IMG/VR virus record: IMGVR_UViG_3300045988_164636
Span: 1 to 64,000 of that record
Length of the DNA: 64,000 nt
Strand: one strand, 5' to 3'
Source: a virus
Positions 7,953 to 15,283 of the stretch are shown piece after piece. Below the pieces are notes generated by a model. That model was not told the origin of the DNA, did not search any database, and saw only the letters and a program-made list of their open reading frames with translations. Both the position numbers and the translations under genes were made by a program. Position 1 is the stretch's first letter, and each line of letters begins with the position of its first letter.

Positions 7953-8393
7953 ATGAATGCAATTTATTTAGATATGGACGGAACAATAGCTGATTTATAC
8001 GCAGTACCGAACTGGTTAAAAATGTTGAGGGCGGAAAACCCAGCCCCCTATATACAGGCTGAACCGCTTGTACGATTATCCGCATTAGCAAGACATTTAA
8101 ACAGACTTCAGCGGAAGGGATATATTATAGGTATTATATCGTGGGGAAGTAAACACGCTACCCCCGAATATGATGAAGCAGTAGCAAAGGCAAAAAACTT
8201 TTGGCTCAATAAACATTTACCGAGCGTAAAGTTTGATGAAATACACATTGTGCCCTATGGTACACCAAAAAGTACAGTAGCAAAAGAAAAGAATGGTTAT
8301 TTATTTGATGATGAAGAAAATAACCGTACAGAATGGGGCATAAATGCTTTTGATGTAATTAATATGCTTGATATACTCGGTGAACTTGAATAA
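7953..8393 (+). CDS. HAD-superfamily hydrolase (nucleotidase-like)
   Basis: N-terminal DMDGT (DxDxT) motif; RBS AAGGAGGA. Confidence 0.6.
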   Translation: MNAIYLDMDGTIADLYAVPNWLKMLRAENPAPYIQAEPLVRLSALARHLNRLQRKGYIIGIISWGSKHATPEYDEAVAKAKNFWLNKHLPSVKFDEIHIVPYGTPKSTVAKEKNGYLFDDEENNRTEWGINAFDVINMLDILGELE

Positions 8394-8411
8394 TTAAGGA
8401 GGAACATTTAT

Positions 8412-8609
8412 ATGACAGTAAAGGAATTTTATAATCTTTGTACAAATAATCATTGGGAAGATAAGGAATTAGTTATTGCAGCTCGGGGTGAAGAAATAGA
8501 TAATTATCAGGAATTAACATTTTCTAATGTGTTAATGATAAGTGATTTTTATAGTTGTACTAAAGATGACCATTTAGAGCCAAATACAAGAATAACTTTA
8601 GTAGTATAA
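8412..8609 (+). CDS. hypothetical small protein
   Basis: 65-aa ORF, RBS AAGGAGGA. Confidence 0.55.
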   Translation: MTVKEFYNLCTNNHWEDKELVIAARGEEIDNYQELTFSNVLMISDFYSCTKDDHLEPNTRITLVV

Positions 8610-8634
8610 TGTAAGATATAAAGGATAAATAATT

Positions 8635-8733
8635 ATGATTAACGAAATAATAGCTGATTTAATTTTTGGCGGAATAATACTGGTTTGTCCAGTATCCGCC
8701 TTAATAATGCAAAAGATAAAAGATAAAAAATAA
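8635..8733 (+). CDS. 32-aa single-TM peptide
   Basis: RBS AAAGGA; sequence MINEIIADLIFGGIILVCPVSALIMQKIKDKK. Confidence 0.4.
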   Translation: MINEIIADLIFGGIILVCPVSALIMQKIKDKK

Positions 8734-9045
8734 TAGGCAAGGCGGGCAACCGCCTTCCTTTTCTATCTTCAATACTATACATAATAATATATTGACAGTG
8801 CCAATATTTGCCGGCGGCGCGAATACCACTGAATAGCGCCGCAATTTTGTATAATATTGACAATGTATAGTATTTTATTTTGAAAATATATAAAAAATAA
8901 ATCATTACAAAAATCCCGAAAAATGCAAGGTTAGCCTTATCTAACTTGCAAAAATGGGGGCAATCATTTATTAGGCAAGGTATTCCAAAAAAGTATTGCT
9001 TTTGTTGAAATTTTTTGTGCAAAACGCCGAATTTACGAAAACCTA

Positions 9046-9074
9046 TTGACTTTCCGCCCCAGTTGTGATATAAT
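9046..9074 (+). promoter_or_regulatory. early promoter TTGACT-17-TGaTATAAT (1st of 3 in tandem)
   Basis: -35 at 9046-9051, -10 at 9069-9074. Confidence 0.7.
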
Positions 9075-9145
9075 ATAAGAGTAGTCAGGAGAGATAAGAA
9101 ATTAAAAGAAGCTGACCGCATTCGAAAAAAATTTCTTGAAACCTC

Positions 9146-9174
9146 TTGACAAACAACTGAAAATGTGCTATAAT
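9146..9174 (+). promoter_or_regulatory. early promoter TTGACA-17-TGcTATAAT (2nd of 3)
   Basis: -35 at 9146-9151, -10 at 9169-9174. Confidence 0.7.
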
Positions 9175-9239
9175 AATAGTACAGTCAAGAGAGAGCGGAA
9201 ACCGCTCAAAGAAAATTTTAAAAAAATTCAAAAAACCTC

Positions 9240-9268
9240 TTGACAAATGACACAAAATATGTTATAAT
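9240..9268 (+). promoter_or_regulatory. early promoter TTGACA-17-TGtTATAAT (3rd of 3)
   Basis: -35 at 9240-9245, -10 at 9263-9268. Confidence 0.75.
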
Positions 9269-9324
9269 AATAACAGAAATAAGGGAGCTGATAAACCGAC
9301 AAAACAGAAAAAGGAATTCACTTT

Positions 9325-10080
9325 ATGAATATTGTAGTATTTGACACAGAAACTATAGGTCTGAACAAGCCGTGGGCATATAACATAGGGTATGTTATAT
9401 ATGATACCGAAACTGGCGAAATTTTGGAACAAAAGGATTTTATTGTAGAGCAGATATGGCATAATATACCATTATTTGAAACTGCATACTATGCGGACAA
9501 AAGACCTTTATATGTTAGCCGTATGCGTGGAAAAAAGTGCGTAATGAAGAAATTCGGTCATATCACGCAGGAAATGTATAGAGATTTCAAGAAGTATAAT
9601 ATTGAACTTGCTTACGCTTATAATTCATCTTTTGATAATAGAGTATTTACCTTTAATTGTGAGAGGTTTATGTGTATAAACCCTTTTGATAATATCAATA
9701 TACTTGATATAAGAGGAAACGTTCATAACAAGATAGCTTTTACAGAAGATTTTCAGAATTTTTGCGAACTGAATAATCAGTTTACAGAGAGCGGAAACTA
9801 TTCCACAACAGCGGAAACTGTATATAGATATATAAGTAAAAATATGGAATATATAGAAGAACATACCGCATTAAGTGATAGTCTTGACGAATTAAGAATA
9901 CTTGAAGAAACAATTCATTTAGGCTGTGAATATGGTAAAGAATATAAGACTTATTCAAGCATACCGAGAAATGTAGAGCGAGACCTTGTAATAATAGATA
10001 ATAATTTAGGTGAGACTTGGAAATTCCCTTATACAAAGAGGAAAAATAAGGAAAAGGGAAATTACATTATCCTTAATTAA
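9325..10080 (+). CDS. DEDDh (DnaQ-like) 3'-5' exonuclease
   Basis: Exo I FDTET, Exo II NSSFD, Exo III HTALSD motifs in the canonical order. Confidence 0.8.
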   Translation: MNIVVFDTETIGLNKPWAYNIGYVIYDTETGEILEQKDFIVEQIWHNIPLFETAYYADKRPLYVSRMRGKKCVMKKFGHITQEMYRDFKKYNIELAYAYNSSFDNRVFTFNCERFMCINPFDNINILDIRGNVHNKIAFTEDFQNFCELNNQFTESGNYSTTAETVYRYISKNMEYIEEHTALSDSLDELRILEETIHLGCEYGKEYKTYSSIPRNVERDLVIIDNNLGETWKFPYTKRKNKEKGNYIILN

Positions 10081-10084
10081 TCAC

Positions 10085-10113
10085 TTGACAATAGCACAAA
10101 AATGTGTTATAAT
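10085..10113 (+). promoter_or_regulatory. early promoter TTGACA-17-TGtTATAAT
   Basis: -35 at 10085-10090, -10 at 10108-10113. Confidence 0.75.
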
Positions 10114-10181
10114 ATAAGAGTAGTCAAAAGACTACATAAACAAATTTATCGCCTTTAAGGCAGAAATGGAGTTGTCACGTT

Positions 10182-10553
10182 ATGGCAGAAAAGAAGATTA
10201 CAAAGAGAGAACAGTTTGAGAAGGTCATTGCTATCCTTACAGAGCAGGAGCAGACAGAACTTGTAACATTTATCCAGCACGAAATTGAACTGCTTGATAA
10301 GAAGAAGTCAAGCAAGAAGAAGTCAGATAATACAGAATTACTTGATGAGGTATATGGTTATCTTGTCGGCATGGATAAGCCTTGCAAGGTGAGCGAAATT
10401 ATTACAAGATATAACCTGCTTCCGCCTATGTCAAGTGCAAAGATTACTTCACTTTTAACCGAGCTTGTAAAGCAGGGCAGAGCTACAAAGGAACTTGTTA
10501 AGGGTACGAACTCTTACAAGGCGGTAGAAGAAACAGAAACAGAAGAAGCCTAA
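10182..10553 (+). CDS. winged-helix-like early protein, family copy 2
   Basis: MAEKKITKREQF aligns with MAELKITKKDMF of 4439; same leader and same gene order. Confidence 0.65.
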   Translation: MAEKKITKREQFEKVIAILTEQEQTELVTFIQHEIELLDKKKSSKKKSDNTELLDEVYGYLVGMDKPCKVSEIITRYNLLPPMSSAKITSLLTELVKQGRATKELVKGTNSYKAVEETETEEA

Positions 10554-10608
10554 ATAAAATGGGCAAGGTGAAATTCCTTGCCCCCTTCTTAAGGGGGAGT
10601 GGTAAATT

Positions 10609-11010
10609 TTGGTATATAATTTTAATGGTAAAAAGTTAAGAATAGATGAGAGCGAACTGGAAAAAATTTCCAAAGCCCTTGACTTAACAAGAGATGAAGC
10701 AATTGAAGTATGGCTTGATGATAACGGTTATACCGACAATGAAGAACAAATTGCCCTTGATAATAAAGCAAGTGCTGTAAAAATCAACCATTACGCCAAA
10801 GCAATAGATACCAAACCAAAAGAAAAGAAGCCCAGAAATTACAAGGAGGATTTTGAAAAAATTTCCATAATTAACAATATTTCCGCATTTTTAAGCGGAA
10901 AAGGTTATGAAAATGTAAATATTGAGAATAAAGCCAAGATAATTACATTCAAATGCGGAGCAGATACCTATAAAATAGACTTAATCCGCACAAGATTAAA
11001 TAAAAAATAA
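10609..11010 (+). CDS. hypothetical protein (paralog of 4849-5307)
   Basis: TTG start after GGGGGAG; LTRDEAIEVWLDDN motif. Confidence 0.55.
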   Translation: MVYNFNGKKLRIDESELEKISKALDLTRDEAIEVWLDDNGYTDNEEQIALDNKASAVKINHYAKAIDTKPKEKKPRNYKEDFEKISIINNISAFLSGKGYENVNIENKAKIITFKCGADTYKIDLIRTRLNKK

Positions 11011-11017
11011 TATTTTT

Positions 11018-11049
11018 AAGCAAGATTTGAATAAAATCTTGCTTTTTTT
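11018..11049 (+). terminator. rho-independent terminator
   Basis: AAGCAAGATTT / AAATCTTGCTT stem followed by a T7 run. Confidence 0.8.
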
Positions 11050-11771
11050 ATATATTTTCCGCCAAAAATATTGATATATACATAATATTTAGTCATTATT
11101 TGGCGGAAAATATTATTTTTTACTTACTGTTGTTAGCTATGATAAAATGATAATATTGCGGAACGAGTATATATTCGCACCAAAGTATTGTACTTAAAAA
11201 AATTAGCAAATTTTACTTAATGCCCTCAATACCTTGCCGCATAAATCATTGATAAGCTCCGGGCAGAGCGCGAGAGTCACGCTCTGTTATTCTCTTTTCC
11301 CTAGCCCTATATGCAAAATTTTGATGAAAAAAGTTAAGTCGAAATTAATCTTCGTCTTTCCCAAAACTTTATTTTATTTTCTTGAAATTTAAGGCTACAA
11401 TCTTAAATTAATCTTATAAACGAATATGAGTTCGTATCAAGATTTTCATTTTAAAAAAAGTAAGCAAATTCTTCTTGCGGCAGTTCTTAGGATTCTATAC
11501 AGCCGCACTCCACATTTTTAAAGAACAGCCCGCCAAAAATTCATAGATTTTCATCTTCTTTTGTGAGCAACAGCACAGCAAATAAATGGTTTGTGATTAT
11601 GAGTTTGTTTCGTAGAAAATAATATATAATTTTTTCTACAAATGATTAATATTCCTTATTCTTGCGGGCGGATTGCAAAGGTGTAAGCCCATAACCTCAC
11701 CAAAATTTTCCATATATGCAAATTTTTTATAAATAAAGTTATATCTGGAAAAAATGGAAAAATTCCCGCAA

Positions 11772-11800
11772 TTGACTTTGTTTAAAATTTATGTTATAAT
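11772..11800 (+). promoter_or_regulatory. promoter TTGACT-17-TGtTATAAT
   Basis: -35 at 11772-11777, -10 at 11795-11800. Confidence 0.65.
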
Positions 11801-11827
11801 ATTTAAAAAAGGATTCTTTAAATTCAC

Positions 11828-11856
11828 TTGACTTTTACTAAAAATTATGTTATAAT
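11828..11856 (+). promoter_or_regulatory. promoter TTGACT-17-TGtTATAAT
   Basis: -35 at 11828-11833, -10 at 11851-11856; near-identical copy at 12945-12973. Confidence 0.7.
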
Positions 11857-11890
11857 AAAAATGAGAAAATAAAAGAAAGGAGTGAAATAA

Positions 11891-12295
11891 ATGGAAGTAG
11901 CTTGTAACCAAAAGATAGTCATAGTTGATAAATCTCCCGCCGATAAAAATCATAAATATTCTACTATTAATTTAGAAGCTTGGAAAAATGCTATGAGCAA
12001 ACTTAATAATACTACCTATAAATTATGGGATTATATTATGTTTAATCAGAATAAATATAAATTTGCATTATCCGCAGTTGACTTTTGCAATGTAAGTGGA
12101 GCCAGTCGTTCTACTTATAAAAGAGCGGTAAATGAATTAATTGAAAAAGGCTTTCTAGTATTAACTAACGAAGCTCGCAATGAATATACATTCTATGACT
12201 ATCCTAATCGAGATACAATGCCCGCAACAGAAGATGATATTAATATATCAATAGCAAATGATAATTGCATTAATGCGGAAGGCTTTGTATTTTAA
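11891..12295 (+). CDS. wHTH DNA-binding protein (replication-organizer-like N-terminal fold), paralog A
   Basis: YKLWDYI...FALS..DFC..SGASRSTYKRAVNELIEKGFL aligns with 12573-12869; RBS AAAGGAG. Confidence 0.6.
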   Translation: MEVACNQKIVIVDKSPADKNHKYSTINLEAWKNAMSKLNNTTYKLWDYIMFNQNKYKFALSAVDFCNVSGASRSTYKRAVNELIEKGFLVLTNEARNEYTFYDYPNRDTMPATEDDINISIANDNCINAEGFVF

Positions 12296-12500
12296 ATAGA
12301 TGGCTCATTGATGAGCCATTTTCAATAATTTGAATCACGAATGGGCTAGCTGGCTCATTGATGAGCAATTTTTATCTTAACATGGCTCACTGATGATCAG
12401 AGTTAGCCCATTCGTGATCAATTTTTATCTTATTTTTAATCACGGATGGGCTACAAATATTACAAATAATACATATATTACAATTGTAATATTACAGGGG
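12296..12500. repeat. iteron/operator field
   Basis: TGGCTCATTGATGAGCCA-type dyads at 12301, 12351, 12383; AATCACGRATGGGCTA at 12333, 12404(rev), 12437; CAATTTTTATCTTA twice; ATTACAATTGTAAT palindrome at 12476. Confidence 0.8.
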
Positions 12501-12520
12501 AAATATTACCCGCAGTTGCA

Positions 12521-12549
12521 TTGACTTTTATAAAAATTTATGTTATAAT
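12521..12549 (+). promoter_or_regulatory. promoter TTGACT-17-TGtTATAAT
   Basis: -35 at 12521-12526, -10 at 12544-12549. Confidence 0.7.
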
Positions 12550-12572
12550 TAAAATAAAAAGGAGTAAAATAA

Positions 12573-12869
12573 ATGGAACAGAAGACAATTACTATTGACC
12601 GTACTTTAATTAAAGAAGAAATATCTATTGTATGTCTTTATGCTGCAATGAATAAACTTGATGATACAGTTTTTAAATTATGGACATATATTTTAATTCA
12701 AGAGGAAGCCCAATTTGCCCTATCTATAACCGACTTTTGTAAAATAAGCGGCGAATCTCAATCCACAGTTGAAAGAGCAGTTGTAGAATTAATAGAGAAG
12801 GGGTATCTCCGCTTAATTAATAAAGAAAAAAATACTTATATATTTGAACTTTATCCTTCAAATACATAA
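12573..12869 (+). CDS. wHTH DNA-binding protein, paralog B
   Basis: FKLWTYI...FALSITDFCKISGESQSTVERAVVELIEKGYL; RBS AAAGGAG. Confidence 0.6.
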   Translation: MEQKTITIDRTLIKEEISIVCLYAAMNKLDDTVFKLWTYILIQEEAQFALSITDFCKISGESQSTVERAVVELIEKGYLRLINKEKNTYIFELYPSNT

Positions 12870-12944
12870 TCTTAAGAAGTTATCCTAAACTTCTTTTACA
12901 TCTATATATTAAGTTGTAAAGAGTTTTAAGGATAACTACTTTAT

Positions 12945-12973
12945 TTGACTTTTATTAAAAATTATGTTATAAT
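12945..12973 (+). promoter_or_regulatory. plus-strand promoter firing antisense into minus-strand gene 12986-13723
   Basis: TTGACT 12945-12950, TATAAT 12968-12973; copy of promoter 11828 including the first transcribed bases AAAATGAGAA. Confidence 0.6.
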
Positions 12974-12985
12974 AAAAATGAGAAC

Positions 12986-13723
12986 TCAATTTTCATTCGC
13001 CCAATCTTTCTCATCTATTAATTGAGTTCTTTTCTTGGGATAATAGCCTAATTTATTAATTACTAAATCAACAAATAAATCATAAGAATCCGCAGTTTCT
13101 ATAGCACCAACAGCCGCATCTCTTTCTTCTTTTGTTAAAATACCATTTTTATAATCATCATCTATTGCGGCAATCAGAACATCTACGTTACCATAAGCAG
13201 TAGCCGCACATTCTTTTAATATTTTTAATTCTTCTTCATTAAGTGGGGCAGTTCCTCGTTCATTAGTCCAGATATATTCACTTCTACCTAAATCGCCACG
13301 GTCCGCCAGATGATTGTGTCCATAGTGTTTTACTTTTGAATTATTAGTATAAACTTTAGCAGTATTTAGAGATATTTGAGTATGAACTTCTTTTATATTT
13401 CTCCATATATCTTCTCCAACTCTTGCACAAGTATCTATTCTTTCTTTATATAATACTTCATTAATTTGTCCATTCTTATCTTTGATTTTGCCCCATCTCT
13501 TCGGCATTTCTTTATCAATAATTTCAAATGCTTTTGTATACTCAGGATAAAATACTCTATCAATGTATAATTTTTTACCCTCAAAATGATATTCTGCATA
13601 AGTTTTTAAAAGCTCAAATTTTTTAGCTCTTGTAGTAGATGAACTTCTGCTAATTGAATCTGGTTTTAATCCAAACCAAACCGATAATTCTCTTAAGGTT
13701 ATATAGCCTTCTTTTAATTCCAT
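12986..13723 (-). CDS. hypothetical protein with N-terminal HTH-like segment (paralog of 14274-14987)
   Basis: MELKEGYITLRELSVWFGLKPDSI vs MELQENKIYTSAELAEWFKITPKTF; RBS AAAGGAGA. Confidence 0.65.
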   Translation of the reverse strand: MELKEGYITLRELSVWFGLKPDSISRSSSTTRAKKFELLKTYAEYHFEGKKLYIDRVFYPEYTKAFEIIDKEMPKRWGKIKDKNGQINEVLYKERIDTCARVGEDIWRNIKEVHTQISLNTAKVYTNNSKVKHYGHNHLADRGDLGRSEYIWTNERGTAPLNEEELKILKECAATAYGNVDVLIAAIDDDYKNGILTKEERDAAVGAIETADSYDLFVDLVINKLGYYPKKRTQLIDEKDWANEN

Positions 13724-13770
13724 AATATTTGTCTCCTTTTAAAAAATTTTTATTCTTGATTTTTATTTTA

Positions 13771-13846
13771 GTAAGATAAAGTATCTATAATTTTTAAGCT
13801 ATATATATATTTCTATAGCTTAAAAATTATAGATACTTTATCTTAC
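13771..13846. repeat. perfect 33-bp inverted repeat with 10-nt spacer
   Basis: Arms 13771-13803 and 13814-13846 are exact reverse complements (GTAAGATAAAGTATCTATAATTTTTAAGCTATA). Confidence 0.95.
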
Positions 13847-14009
13847 CATAGATTATTGAAAAAAGATTTCAATAGTTTAATCTATAACGTCCAAAAAATC
13901 AAAGAATAATAATCTAAAATTTAAGATAGAAAGCCTACCAAAAGATAAAAGTTCTACAAAAATAAGATAAAATTAACATAACTAAAAAAATGTTGAACTT
14001 TATCTTAAG

Positions 14010-14038
14010 TTGACTTTTATAAAAAATTATGTTATTTA
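14010..14038 (+). promoter_or_regulatory. weaker plus-strand promoter TTGACT-17-TGtTATTTA, antisense to 14274-14987
   Basis: -35 at 14010-14015, -10 at 14033-14038. Confidence 0.4.
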
Positions 14039-14094
14039 AAACGGTAAACGAGGAAAGGGTAGAGTGATGATAGATGAGGTAGAATGGGCACATT

Positions 14095-14250
14095 CCACTC
14101 AGAGTAAACATCTTAAAATATAATATGAAATATAATATAAAATATAATATATAATATAAAAATAATAACCTCATTCAAGACAAGTATCTTATAATATAAA
14201 ATATATAATATAAAATATAAATAACCCCACTCAGAATAAACATCTTAAAA
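14095..14250. repeat. three roughly 65-nt direct repeat units with TAATATAAAAT microsatellite
   Basis: CCACTCAGAGTAAACATCTTA at 14095, CCTCATTCAAGACAAGTATCTTA at 14169, CCCACTCAGAATAAACATCTTA at 14225, each followed by (ATAATATAAAAT)n. Confidence 0.75.
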
Positions 14251-14273
14251 AAATTTAAAAAAGAAAGAGCAGA

Positions 14274-14987
14274 TTAAAAATCTACTCTCCAATCTTCTTC
14301 TCTCTTCTCAACCTGAACACCAAAACCTACAAAACTTTCAATATTATGAGCAACTTCCGCACAATATTCATCCCACTTATCTTTTTCATAATTTTCAGTA
14401 TAATCAGCCCATTCTTCTTGAGTAATTTCTCCTGATTGATAAGCTTCTCTAAACGCTTGATATTCTTCCGTTTCTTCTCCAAAATTATATTTTTTTCTTA
14501 TATCTTTAATAATCTTCATTTCTAAATTATTAAAATGCAGCATTTCTCCGGAAGGGGTTATTTTACAAAAAATAAAACGACAAGATCCATCTTTTCCACT
14601 TTCTTGCGGATGTTTTTTACTACTTATTTTACCATATCTTCTTTTTCTTTCTTGATTAACATAGTTTTTTAAAGTAGATAATTTAATGTCAAATTTTTCT
14701 TGTCTAAACATTTTTTCTGCAACTTTTGTACCTCTGTCAATATTCTCGCCTTGATACCCCCACATTTCATCAAATAATTGTTTTACTCTCGCAGAAGCTT
14801 TTCCTTTATATTCAAAAATATAAACATCTTTAATCAAGATACCTTTTCTTCCTAAATCTTCGAAAGAACAATAATCCTTTAATATTTCTAATCTTTTAAT
14901 TCTTGTATTAGAAAATGTTTTAGGGGTAATTTTAAACCATTCTGCTAATTCCGCAGATGTATAAATTTTATTTTCTTGTAATTCCAT
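14274..14987 (-). CDS. hypothetical protein with N-terminal HTH-like segment (paralog of 12986-13723)
   Basis: 237-aa ORF, RBS GGAGGAAAAAA. Confidence 0.65.
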   Translation of the reverse strand: MELQENKIYTSAELAEWFKITPKTFSNTRIKRLEILKDYCSFEDLGRKGILIKDVYIFEYKGKASARVKQLFDEMWGYQGENIDRGTKVAEKMFRQEKFDIKLSTLKNYVNQERKRRYGKISSKKHPQESGKDGSCRFIFCKITPSGEMLHFNNLEMKIIKDIRKKYNFGEETEEYQAFREAYQSGEITQEEWADYTENYEKDKWDEYCAEVAHNIESFVGFGVQVEKREEDWRVDF

Positions 14988-15023
14988 ATTTTTTCCTCCA
15001 TTATTCTTAAAGTATCGGCGACA

Positions 15024-15075
15024 ATTCCCGATTTTGTTTCGCTATAATAATATATAGCGAAACAAAATCGGGAAT
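15024..15075. repeat. perfect 23-bp inverted repeat with 6-nt spacer
   Basis: ATTCCCGATTTTGTTTCGCTATA 15024-15046 and its exact reverse complement at 15053-15075, in the leader/promoter region of 14274-14987. Confidence 0.95.
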
Positions 15076-15283
15076 AACTATTTAAATTACGGAATATATT
15101 GTTTTTATTCCATACATTATTAAAAAATAAAATTATCAAGTTATACAAAGTTGACCAAGAGATGCAGAGAATATAAATCTTCTTCTTCCTTAATATAATT
15201 ATCAAAACTTTCTTAAAAGTCCATCAATTATAAAAAGAGCAGATTTTCAATCTGCTCTTAAAAAACAAAAGGAGAAAAGAAAA

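Noticed and set aside
186-9462. ORFs spanning promoter/terminator cassettes: 186-374 (-), 3002-3244 (+), 3029-3238 (-), 3549-3785 (-), 4080-4352 (-), 8639-9121 (-), 9262-9462 (-)
   Set aside because: They run through repeated promoter boxes and terminator hairpins, have no RBS, give low-complexity F/L/I/K-rich products, and oppose the uniform plus-strand organisation.
13935-14174. Minus-strand ORF with YILYFILYFILYF, and the AT-rich tandem repeats as a possible CRISPR array
   Set aside because: The ORF is a translation of the ATAATATAAAAT microsatellite. The repeats are AT-only, irregular, lack unique spacers of constant length and have no cas genes nearby, so this is not CRISPR.
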